From assembly GCA_037442925.1 (NCBI GenBank), contig JBBIPG010000025.1, forward strand, positions 1-29,301: a stretch of DNA of 29,301 nucleotides, given 5' to 3'. Of this stretch, positions 17,853-26,370 are shown piece by piece (within the stretch, counting starts at the first letter, position 1; each line of letters begins with the position of its first letter). The notes under the pieces were generated by a model. The model did not search any database. It saw only the letters and a list, made by a program, of their open reading frames with translations, and was not told the origin of the DNA. The stretch comes from Candidatus Fraserbacteria bacterium. Its GTDB lineage: Bacteria; Bipolaricaulota; Bipolaricaulia; RBG-16-55-9. A program made the position numbers and the translations under genes.

Positions 17853-18493
17853 TTCGCCTTCTTGCGGGAGTTTTCCGCTCGGGGCGTTCCGTTGATCAGA
17901 TTTCCGTTCTTGTCCTTCCCGTTGCGGATCACTCCATCGTTGGAAGCCCAGAGGCTGTCGGAATCGGAGGTCATGGGGTCGATTCTCTCCATGCTGGCGC
18001 GAGGTACTTGCCCTTGGGCGTCGCTGCCTGCGGGCCACTCGCCTCCATTGCCGTTGGCTGTATCGATGACGTTGCCATTGGGGTCTTTGAGCACGAGGGT
18101 CTCGCCGCCGTTTCGCAAGGCACCCGTGTAGATGAGATCAGCCTTGATGTCGCTTACGCTGTCATCGTCTGTACGCTCCAGCAGGTAGAACCCGCGAGCG
18201 GAGATGACGCTCGTACGAACCTCCTTGGTATCGTCTTTGACTTCTCCCAGATGAATGATCACCTCTCCATCGGCCCAGCTGAGCGTCCAGCCCCTAAGGT
18301 CGATGTCTCGGCTGGAGTTGTTGCGCAGTTCAATCCACTCGTCGGTGGAGCTGGCGGCTGTGCCACTCCAAGCTACTTCGTTGATCACGATCTGGGGAAC
18401 ACCCGGCGGCTGAGCCGTCGTCACCATACCTCCACCGGGCCAGGCGAGCAGAACGACCAGAAGACACGCTGCTGCGAAGAGCTTACACTTCAT
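17849..18493 (-). CDS. Secreted lamin-tail-domain (LTD) protein
   Basis: Signal peptide; IVINEVAW, DEWIELRN, IDLRGWTL, LRNGGE, SMERID, GTPRAENS. Confidence 0.88.
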   Translation of the reverse strand: MKCKLFAAACLLVVLLAWPGGGMVTTAQPPGVPQIVINEVAWSGTAASSTDEWIELRNNSSRDIDLRGWTLSWADGEVIIHLGEVKDDTKEVRTSVISARGFYLLERTDDDSVSDIKADLIYTGALRNGGETLVLKDPNGNVIDTANGNGGEWPAGSDAQGQVPRASMERIDPMTSDSDSLWASNDGVIRNGKDKNGNLINGTPRAENSRKKAN

Positions 18494-18560
18494 GATGAAC
18501 CTCCTTTTAGTAGATACCGTGCTATGTGTATACCGCGTTAGTATCTTTTATGCAAGACAT

Positions 18561-18588
18561 ATTATAACACATCCAAGATAAAAGTCAA
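18561..18588 (-). promoter_or_regulatory. sigma70 promoter for the LTD gene
   Basis: Minus strand TTGACT-N16-TATAAT, with TG extension. Confidence 0.65.
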
Positions 18589-18698
18589 GAGCCAGGCGAA
18601 GCGGAATCACCTCTGGACGAGACCAGGCGAAAAACGTATACTGCAAGACAGCGAAACGTCCATAGTTCAACATCACCATACCACCGAGGAGGTATCCG

Positions 18699-19148
18699 AT
18701 GAAGACCTTCGCTCGACCCAAGCGTTCATGGGTTCTGGTAGTGGTCCTCGTAGGACTAGGAGCCTTGCTTGGGTTATTGCTATCCGGTCTATCTGCGGGA
18801 AGTGCACAGAGCGGAAACTCTCTGCTTGTTCAGTCGGTCGTAAGCGCGCGGACGGCCGGCCCAGGAAATGTAGATGCCGCTTCTCTCTATGTGACCGTTC
18901 AATCCAGCGCAGGTTTGCTGGACGGGCTTACGGCGTCGAATTTCTCAGTCTTTGCGGAACAACTGCCGCCGCAGGGCTGCTTGGTCAGTGTGAGCCAGCT
19001 ACGCACGCAGAACCCCGGTGTCTATCGTCTGGATGTCGTTCCGGGTGTTGCTGGGTGCACCTGGAGGGCAGGGGATTACGTGCTGTCTGTTAGTGTGAGA
19101 TCGGGGTCGCAGAGCGGCGCGGCTGTGGTGCTTATGACGATCCGATGA
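18699..19148 (+). CDS. Secreted hypothetical protein, probably beta-sandwich
   Basis: GAGGAGG RBS, signal peptide, beta-rich mature part with two Cys. Confidence 0.75.
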   Translation: MKTFARPKRSWVLVVVLVGLGALLGLLLSGLSAGSAQSGNSLLVQSVVSARTAGPGNVDAASLYVTVQSSAGLLDGLTASNFSVFAEQLPPQGCLVSVSQLRTQNPGVYRLDVVPGVAGCTWRAGDYVLSVSVRSGSQSGAAVVLMTIR

Positions 19149-19331
19149 CGTCCTCCCAGCCACATCTAGAGCAGCGCAAGACAGAGTGGCTTGAGTATCA
19201 GCCGTTTGAGGACTTTCATGAAGTGATCCGATTGCTAGACGCTTTGAGCCTGTAGCTACCAAACTGATATCAGTTGCCATCAGACCCGTTGCGCAGTGGC
19301 GCCCGTCTATAGGTTCCTTCCTGAGCCATCC

Positions 19332-19360
19332 TTGACAGCTCTCTGGAGCCCTTCTATAAT
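19332..19360 (+). promoter_or_regulatory. topA promoter
   Basis: Consensus TTGACA-N17-TATAAT. Confidence 0.85.
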
Positions 19361-19402
19361 ACCGAACACTTATTTTGTACTAGCTGAAGGAGATGTCGAA
19401 CT

Positions 19403-21724
19403 GTGAGTAAGCTCGTCATCGTCGAATCCCCCACCAAGGCCCGCACCATCGAACGCTACTTGGGCAAGGGATTCAAAGTCTTAAGCTCCATGGGCCACGT
19501 GCGCGATCTCCCCGAAAGGGAACTCGCCGTGGACATCGAGAGCGATTTTGAGCCCAAGCTCATCATCACCAACAAGAAAGCCGTCACCCAACTGAAAAAA
19601 GCTGTCGAAGCAGCCGATGCCGTGTATCTAGCCACGGACAACGACCGCGAGGGCGAGGCCATCGCCTATGATCTCTACGAGGTGCTTGACCACAAGCGCA
19701 AGAAGAAGTATCTGCGCGTCGTCTTCAACGAGATCACCCAGCGCGTCATCTTAGAAGCCATTGAGTCCCCCACAAAGATCGACATGAAGAAAGTCGAAGC
19801 CCAGAGGGCCCGCCGCATTCTGGATCGATTGATGGGTTATTTGATCAGCCCGCTCCTCTCAAAAACGCTCTCCGGCAGCAAGTACGAGGGTCTTTCGGCT
19901 GGGCGCGTCCAGAGCGTCGCGCTCAAATTCATCTGCGACCGCGAGCTGGAAATTCAGGCCTTCGTGCCGGAAGAGTATTGGACCATCGACGCCAAGCTCG
20001 CCGATAGCTCAGAATTCCTAGCACGTCTTGAGCGCTATCAAGACAAGAAACCGAAAGTACCCACCCAAGCCGAGGCGGAGCGCATTCGCCAAGAGCTTCA
20101 CAAACTCGCTGCATCTCCAGGTTTTCTTGTTACAGAGATCCAAGAAGAAGAGGGGCATCGAACTCCACCGCCACCGTTCATCACCAGCACCCTGCAACAG
20201 TCGGCTTCCTCCATGATTAGGTTCGCGCCTCGCAAGACGATGCAGATCGCCCAGCAGCTCTACGAGGGCATTGCCCTGGAAGCGGGACACGAGGGCCTCA
20301 TCACGTACATGCGCACGGATTCGCTCCGCATCTCGGACGTAGCGCGTAAAGATCTACGGGCTTTTGTTCGAGGCACGTACGGCGAGAAATATCTTTCAGA
20401 AAAAGAGCGGGTCTTCAAGAACAAGAAGGCAGCCCAAGACGCACACGAGGCCATCCGCCCCACCGATGTGAAGCGAACACCGGAGTCAATCAAGCAATAT
20501 CTCAGCGCAGATCAATATAAGCTTTACAAGCTCATCTGGGAGCGTTTCGTCGCCACACAGATGGCCGATGCGCTCTATCACAAGAAAGAGGTGGACATCA
20601 CAGCCGGTGACTATCTCTTCGTCGCCAAGGGGAGCCAGCTCGTCTTCGACGGATTTCTGAGAGTGTGGAAACTACCCCCCCTCAAAGATGAAGGCGTGGA
20701 GATCCCGTCAGTGAAGGTGGGTGAGCGCCTCAACCTGTTGGGGATCTTGCCAGAACAGCACTTCACGGAGCCGCCGAATCGCTATAGTGAAGCGAGCCTC
20801 GTGAAAACTCTAGAAGAGAAGGGCATTGGGCGTCCAAGCACATATGCGGCCATCGTTTCGACGATTCAAGAGCGCGGATATGTCAACAAAGAGAAGGGTG
20901 GGTCGCTGCGCCCCACGCTCTTAGGCTTCATCGCCACCGACTTTCTCAAAGACTACTTCCCGCTCACTGTGGCTGAGGATTTTACAGCTCATATGGAAGA
21001 AGATCTCGACAAGATCAGCAATGGAGAGCTTACGCGCGTCCAAGTGCTGAAGGAGTTTTACGAGCCTCTGTCTAAGAGGCTCGATCAGGTGAAGCGCGAG
21101 CTCAGCCAAGACAGCCCCACATTCCACGTCTTGACGGATGTGAATTGCCCGAACTGTGGAGCCCCAATGGAGGTTCGCTTCTGGAAGGGCAGCGTCTTTT
21201 TGGGTTGCTCGCGCTATCCCGAATGCAAACAGACCGTCAATTTCCCGGAAGATATAGAATATGTCTATCATGGCAAGAGAGTTCAAATTAGCGACAAACT
21301 CAAGACATATCAACAAGAGAAGAAGGAGATGGAGAGAGAAGTAGAGGAGCAGCGTTGCCCCAACTGTGGATCGCCCATGGAATTGCGAGACGGGAAATTC
21401 GGGCGCTTCTACGGTTGCTCGCGCTATCCCGAGTGCAAGACGACACTGCCCATCTCCACGGGCGTTCCTTGTCCTCTCTGCGGCCGTGACATCGTGGAAC
21501 GCTATTCGAGGAAAACCCGAAAACCCTTCTATGGCTGTGCGGGCTATCCCGACTGCAAATTCGCCGTAAATGAAAGACCCGTGAAGATTTGCCCCGACTG
21601 CGGAGAAGGCGTGCTGGTCCGGCGCGAAAGCGAGAGCGGCGAAGTCTTAGTTTGCAGCAACAAGAAATGCAAACATAGTGAAGCCATAGAGCCCGTTGTT
21701 ACTGCTACGTCTGTGGAGGTTTAG
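19403..21724 (+). CDS. topA: DNA topoisomerase I (type IA) with C-terminal zinc ribbons
   Basis: LVIVESPTKA, ATDNDREGEAI, SAGRVQS, ITYMRTDS (catalytic Tyr), QDAHEAIRPT, GIGRPSTYA, and four CPxC zinc-ribbon-type starts. Confidence 0.99.
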   Translation: MSKLVIVESPTKARTIERYLGKGFKVLSSMGHVRDLPERELAVDIESDFEPKLIITNKKAVTQLKKAVEAADAVYLATDNDREGEAIAYDLYEVLDHKRKKKYLRVVFNEITQRVILEAIESPTKIDMKKVEAQRARRILDRLMGYLISPLLSKTLSGSKYEGLSAGRVQSVALKFICDRELEIQAFVPEEYWTIDAKLADSSEFLARLERYQDKKPKVPTQAEAERIRQELHKLAASPGFLVTEIQEEEGHRTPPPPFITSTLQQSASSMIRFAPRKTMQIAQQLYEGIALEAGHEGLITYMRTDSLRISDVARKDLRAFVRGTYGEKYLSEKERVFKNKKAAQDAHEAIRPTDVKRTPESIKQYLSADQYKLYKLIWERFVATQMADALYHKKEVDITAGDYLFVAKGSQLVFDGFLRVWKLPPLKDEGVEIPSVKVGERLNLLGILPEQHFTEPPNRYSEASLVKTLEEKGIGRPSTYAAIVSTIQERGYVNKEKGGSLRPTLLGFIATDFLKDYFPLTVAEDFTAHMEEDLDKISNGELTRVQVLKEFYEPLSKRLDQVKRELSQDSPTFHVLTDVNCPNCGAPMEVRFWKGSVFLGCSRYPECKQTVNFPEDIEYVYHGKRVQISDKLKTYQQEKKEMEREVEEQRCPNCGSPMELRDGKFGRFYGCSRYPECKTTLPISTGVPCPLCGRDIVERYSRKTRKPFYGCAGYPDCKFAVNERPVKICPDCGEGVLVRRESESGEVLVCSNKKCKHSEAIEPVVTATSVEV

Positions 21725-21727
21725 CTC

Positions 21728-22126
21728 ATGCGCCCAGCGGATTTCACATACGTCGTGGAATCGAAACGAGGAGCCCGCGAGGCACTGGTTTCGGTGTGGA
21801 AGGCAGCGATGGCCGCCGGATGGACGGTCGTAGGAGATTATGATCTCACGGGATTGCTCGTTGGAAGTGGCAGCTCAAGAGAGATCAAGAGTATTGATAT
21901 CTGCCGCCCGGAATTGGCACGACCCTTTGTGGAAGCCGAGATGCTCACGGCGCTCTGTATGCCCTGTAGCGTCTTGATCTGCTCTGAGAACGGGGTGACG
22001 AAGCTGGCCGCCATGCGCCCAAGCGTGGTGATGCCCAAGCTCTTTGAGAAAGCAGCCCAAGCCGTGGGCGGTCTCTCCAATCAAGTGGATCGGGAGTTGA
22101 AAGAGATTCTGGAGGCCGCCAAGTGA
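21728..22126 (+). CDS. DUF302-family protein
   Basis: GWTVVGDYDL, IDICRP, LCMPCSVLI, AAMRP, VDRELKEIL. Confidence 0.8.
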   Translation: MRPADFTYVVESKRGAREALVSVWKAAMAAGWTVVGDYDLTGLLVGSGSSREIKSIDICRPELARPFVEAEMLTALCMPCSVLICSENGVTKLAAMRPSVVMPKLFEKAAQAVGGLSNQVDRELKEILEAAK

Positions 22127-22151
22127 AGGTAAAGTGTTGTGAGTGATTCTT

Positions 22152-22940
22152 ATGGGTAGGCTAAAACAAGCACAGAAGGAGCAAGTTCGAAACGTCTTTA
22201 CACATCAAGCCGATTCGTATGCAGCGAATAAACCCGCCATGGATCGGGTTTCATACGAGTGGATGCTCAAGCTGAGCTGGGTTCAGCCCAGCGATCGCGT
22301 GCTGGATGTGGCTACAGGGCCGGGCTTTATTGCCTTGCTCTTTGCCGAACGTGCTCAGTATGTGACAGGCATGGATCTCACACGCGCTCTATTGGAGAAG
22401 GCCAAGGGGTTCCAGCGTGAGCGAGGTCTGGCAAACGTGACCTTTCTCGAGGGGGATGTGGAGTTTCTTCCCTTTGCGGAGGGCACGTTCAATCTGGTCA
22501 CATGCCATAAGGCGTTCCATCACTTCCCGCGTCCAGAACAAGTTCTAAGAGAACTTCATCGCGTGCTCAAGAAGGGCGGACGGCTGGTGTTGGGCGACAC
22601 GCTCTCTTCGGAAGATCCCAAGAAGAGCGAACTGCACAATCGCTTAGAAAGAATGAGGGATTCCTCGCATGTCAAGATGTACCCACTCTCGCGGCTTCGG
22701 GTGATGATCGAGCGTGCCGGTTTCAAGATCGAAGATGTCGCGAAATTTCACGACGAGCGAGACTTTGAGACCTGGATGAAGACGATCACTCCCCCGCAAG
22801 AGATCATCGAAAAGATCCGACACATCATGCTGGATAGCGTGGAGGAAGACCGCACGGGACAAAGGCTACGTGTAGAGGACGGAAAACTCTACTACACGAG
22901 GTTTTCTGCGGTGGTTGCGGCCCTTAAGAGTGAGGGCTAG
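22152..22940 (+). CDS. Class I SAM-dependent methyltransferase
   Basis: VLDVATGPG, GMDLT, GDVEFLPF, AFHHFP, RVLKKGG, RDSSH. Confidence 0.92.
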   Translation: MGRLKQAQKEQVRNVFTHQADSYAANKPAMDRVSYEWMLKLSWVQPSDRVLDVATGPGFIALLFAERAQYVTGMDLTRALLEKAKGFQRERGLANVTFLEGDVEFLPFAEGTFNLVTCHKAFHHFPRPEQVLRELHRVLKKGGRLVLGDTLSSEDPKKSELHNRLERMRDSSHVKMYPLSRLRVMIERAGFKIEDVAKFHDERDFETWMKTITPPQEIIEKIRHIMLDSVEEDRTGQRLRVEDGKLYYTRFSAVVAALKSEG

Positions 22941-23347
22941 CTTCGCGCTGCCTGGTCGATGATCGCCTTCACTTCCTCATCGACTTGCTTGGCTTGCTCA
23001 CGGAGCTTCGCAGCGACCCCACTGAAAATTTGCGGCAGCACGGCACTGGGCCGCATCGCGGCGATCTTCGTCTTGCCCTTGTCCGAGTAGATGAGGACAC
23101 TACAAGGCATGCAGAGTGCCGTCAAGCGTTCGGCGCTCATGAAGCGATGGGCGTGAGCGGGAGCGCAGATGTCGAGGGATTTCACTTGTTCTGTTTGCGG
23201 AAACCCTTTGGCAGCGAGAATCTCAGAGAAGTCGTAGTCTCCAAGGATCCCCCACTTGGCCGCTTCTGTCGCTCTTCTTACTGCAATCACGGCTTCCTGA
23301 AAACTCTTGCCTGTCTCTACCGCGTAGACAAACTCCGTTGATGCCAT
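22937..23347 (-). CDS. DUF302-family protein (paralogue of 21728..22126)
   Basis: WGILGDYDF, LDICAP, LCMPCSVLI, AAMRP; AAGGAGG RBS. Confidence 0.85.
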   Translation of the reverse strand: MASTEFVYAVETGKSFQEAVIAVRRATEAAKWGILGDYDFSEILAAKGFPQTEQVKSLDICAPAHAHRFMSAERLTALCMPCSVLIYSDKGKTKIAAMRPSAVLPQIFSGVAAKLREQAKQVDEEVKAIIDQAARS

Positions 23348-23449
23348 AGACCCTCCTTGCGTACATTATGACCAGAAACAGGCGGAGCAAACAACCAGCA
23401 CGGCCCTTGCAACGTGACGGAGGGACTGTTACAGTGATCTACACCCAGG

Positions 23450-23535
23450 GCCGGGGTGGCGAAACCGGTACACGCGGCAGACTTAAAATCTGCTGGGCTT
23501 AACGGCCCTTGCGGGTTCGAGTCCCGCCCCCGGCA
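23450..23535 (+). tRNA. tRNA-Leu (anticodon TAA), CCA not encoded
   Basis: GCCGGGG/CCCCGGC acceptor stem, GCAGA-CT-TAA-AA-TCTGC anticodon arm, long variable arm, GGTTCGAGT T-arm; followed by CCC rather than CCA. Confidence 0.97.
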
Positions 23536-23551
23536 CCCCTCTACGGTAACT

Positions 23552-26140
23552 TCAGCGCAGCACCATCATCTTGCGAATGGTGCTCTGCCAGATCTCTCCC
23601 GAGTAGCCGCGCACGATGACGACGTAGAGATAGACTCCGTTGGCGAGCGGTCGACCACTTTGATCCAGAGGCATCCAGCGCAAGGAAGATCCAGCTGATT
23701 CGGCAGCGAAGCGCTTTCTGCCCTCGAGATCAAATCCCTCTACCCGGACGGAGGCAATGCCTTGGCCTACCACACGAAGTTGCCAAAGAGTATGATCTAT
23801 CGGGTATGCGCTCACGGATCGGATCTCTAAGGGCATGACGGTTGCCTTGGCTTGCGGTTTCAGTGTGTAGGGTATCTGCTGGCCCTTGGGGTCCAAGAGA
23901 TATTCGATGTGCAGCTCAGGAGCGGCGTCAACTACTTTCGTCTGAAAGATGATCTGCAAGGCATCTCGTTCTCGAGAGCCCCGGCCCGGCGGAGCTAACA
24001 TGACAAATCTCGCCTCGCCCCGCGTATTGTCGATCTTAGACGCGAGGAGCTTGTAGTCGTTTCGGCCTTGCATCGATCGGATCTGCTGCAATTGAGGATC
24101 GAACCGTATGCGTCCTTGTAGACCTCCCACGGAATGGCCGTTGGAGTCGATCTGCACGATGAGGCGTGACGAGTCAAGAATAGAAGTGAAGCTGACTTGA
24201 GCTAGCGGCTCTGAGGGGCGAAGGAATCTCAGTAAACTCTCGAGGAAAGACCTCTGTGGTTTGTTGGATAAGGCGGCTGCGCTCGGGCCCTCGAACGTAA
24301 TGGCTAGCTCAGCGATCCTGGCCACATCGGAAGAATCTAGATCATCACAGGTAGGTACGAGATTGGGATTTGTCTGGCGAGGTGCCCCATCGGAGATGAC
24401 CACATCAGCGACGGACTTCTGCTCGTTACTGAGGGCAAAGGGACTTCCTGAATCTTCGGGGATCTCTTGAGGCGGATCTGCCAAGCAGTATGTGACGATA
24501 GCACTTGCCAGCCAGAGCGCGTCGCGCACGGTGGGTCGGCTATCTCGGTCGATATCCCCCGGGAACAGCAGCGTAACGCTTCCCGAGACCACGATCACTT
24601 CGGATGTGATATCCATGCCGTTAGCATCCGTAATGCTCTCTGCCTGAAGCAGAAGGATGCTCCGCTGACCCGGCTGACCTGACTTGGACTTGGAAATCTT
24701 CAGGGAGGCTACAGTTGCATCTGTTTTCGCCGAGGGCATTTGAGAAACATTCAGCGCAAAACGGAGCAGTCCGGCGCGATTGTCCTTAAGAAGAGTGGAA
24801 GCTTGATAGGAATTCTGCCCCACAACATCATCGATCTGGATGACGTTGGGATCGAACTGAATGGAAGCCGTTTGAGCTCCTAGGCCCGGCTGAGGGAAGG
24901 CAGAGATCTCTATGGGCACTTCGCTACCTGCGATCTGCATGTCCGGAACACGTAGGACACCCTGGCCTATGATGATAACTAGGCTGGTCTGAAGGGAAGG
25001 CGCTGCGCTGGGATCAATGGGGAACCCCGAGGGTTCCTCTACCATCGTGAAGATGATCTTGAGGTGTATGGTGCGCCCCTTCATCGCACCCAGTGCTACT
25101 TTGGCCTTGATAGCATAGTCTTTGCAGGACTCGCCCGCACCAGGATCGGTGATGCTCGCTGTCGTAACGAGCGGAATTCCCGATCCACCACGATTGAAGT
25201 TCGAATTGAGACTGCCACCGCTTATCTGCCCTAGTGATGAATTGGTGGTAAGATCCACCAGACTAAAAGAATCAAAGTCGCTGATGACCGCTGTGCCCAG
25301 AGGCCCTTGAACTAACGTCAGCTCCTTTAAGAGTAAATCATGGCCGTTCGCATCGTGATCACAGACGCGGAAGCGGGCTACTGTGTCCTCACCGCCGGTC
25401 TTTATGGAAGCAGGAATGCCGCCGGAGTTCTCCTCAATGCGATTGATTCCTCCGTTAAAGACGAAGTCCGGTATGCTGTCTGTGATTGAGTTGGTGAAGG
25501 TAGTAAGAAGAGGAGGGCTCCCAGCGCTCTCCTCAAACTCGACAGTTACCCGCAGTCGCACCGTGTGATTCTGAGAAGTGTTCAGCAAGGTGCTTGTGTC
25601 AGCAACACGTACCGCGACTTGGAAGGTCTTCTCACCATCATCTGGGATCACTCGTGACCCAAATGACGGAGCAGGCGGCGGGACGGCGAGATTGGGGTCA
25701 CAGACCGCTTCGAAGGCGACATTTGGATTGAAACTCGCTACGGGGGTATCTACAGGGGCAATTGCTTGTCCCGCTTCATCCAGACATGCAACCTCAATAA
25801 TATCCAGATCCGTGGCTGTTCCCAAATTTTCTATCATCATAAATGTAATGATGACGTCGCTACTGTCATTCGCCAGGGGATCGACATCCTTGATCTTGAA
25901 TTGGAAGACCTCCTTCCCATCTCCTATGGAGAAGGATGAGGTTTGAACCATGGGGGCGCCCATGCCGGGTTCGAGGATCAGACCCGTGGGCGGGACCAAG
26001 GGAACTTCTGTCATCTGCACCTGTCCGTAGCCCGTGATAGATGGCAGAAGGGCTCCCACGAACACCCAGATCAGCAACCCGTAAAGACACTGACGTCTTC
26101 TGTTCTCCGGATTCACATATCGGAGATGGCTGAGCCTCAT
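23552..26140 (-). CDS. Large secreted/surface protein: repeated beta domains, cohesin-like and dockerin-like modules, C-terminal sorting-like domain
   Basis: Signal peptide; IQFDPNVIQI and IRFDPQLQQI cohesin-like segments; GDIDRDSRPTVRDAL dockerin-like loop; terminal LANGVYLYVV...RKMMVLR. Confidence 0.7.
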   Translation of the reverse strand: MRLSHLRYVNPENRRRQCLYGLLIWVFVGALLPSITGYGQVQMTEVPLVPPTGLILEPGMGAPMVQTSSFSIGDGKEVFQFKIKDVDPLANDSSDVIITFMMIENLGTATDLDIIEVACLDEAGQAIAPVDTPVASFNPNVAFEAVCDPNLAVPPPAPSFGSRVIPDDGEKTFQVAVRVADTSTLLNTSQNHTVRLRVTVEFEESAGSPPLLTTFTNSITDSIPDFVFNGGINRIEENSGGIPASIKTGGEDTVARFRVCDHDANGHDLLLKELTLVQGPLGTAVISDFDSFSLVDLTTNSSLGQISGGSLNSNFNRGGSGIPLVTTASITDPGAGESCKDYAIKAKVALGAMKGRTIHLKIIFTMVEEPSGFPIDPSAAPSLQTSLVIIIGQGVLRVPDMQIAGSEVPIEISAFPQPGLGAQTASIQFDPNVIQIDDVVGQNSYQASTLLKDNRAGLLRFALNVSQMPSAKTDATVASLKISKSKSGQPGQRSILLLQAESITDANGMDITSEVIVVSGSVTLLFPGDIDRDSRPTVRDALWLASAIVTYCLADPPQEIPEDSGSPFALSNEQKSVADVVISDGAPRQTNPNLVPTCDDLDSSDVARIAELAITFEGPSAAALSNKPQRSFLESLLRFLRPSEPLAQVSFTSILDSSRLIVQIDSNGHSVGGLQGRIRFDPQLQQIRSMQGRNDYKLLASKIDNTRGEARFVMLAPPGRGSRERDALQIIFQTKVVDAAPELHIEYLLDPKGQQIPYTLKPQAKATVMPLEIRSVSAYPIDHTLWQLRVVGQGIASVRVEGFDLEGRKRFAAESAGSSLRWMPLDQSGRPLANGVYLYVVIVRGYSGEIWQSTIRKMMVLR

Positions 26141-26252
26141 AGTTGCCTTGCTTGTAACGGGAGATCACCCGAAAGGGAAGAACATCGAACACCTCACGCC
26201 GTCCCCGTTGTCCCTTGCCCCAATGATGTTCTCCCGTGGGCTCGTCCCTCAG

Positions 26253-26281
26253 TTGCGGGCTTCTTCTCTTGCTGATATAAT
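26253..26281 (+). promoter_or_regulatory. Promoter of tRNA-Met
   Basis: TTGCGG-N17-TATAAT, ending 11 nt before the tRNA. Confidence 0.6.
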
Positions 26282-26292
26282 GCTCAAGAACG

Positions 26293-26368
26293 TGCGGGGT
26301 GGAGCAACAGGAAGCTCGTCGGGCTCATAACCCGGAGGCTGCCGGTTCGAATCCGGCCCCCGCAACCA
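26293..26368 (+). tRNA. Initiator tRNA-Met (CAT)
   Basis: CAT anticodon, three consecutive G-C pairs in the anticodon stem (GGG/CCC), A11-U24 pair, encoded CCA. Confidence 0.95.
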
Positions 26369-26370
26369 GC

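Noticed and set aside
23450..26368. tRNA-integrated genomic island
   Set aside because: Neighbouring genes end very close to both tRNA 3' ends, but I saw no integrase and no duplicated tRNA 3' end in the window.
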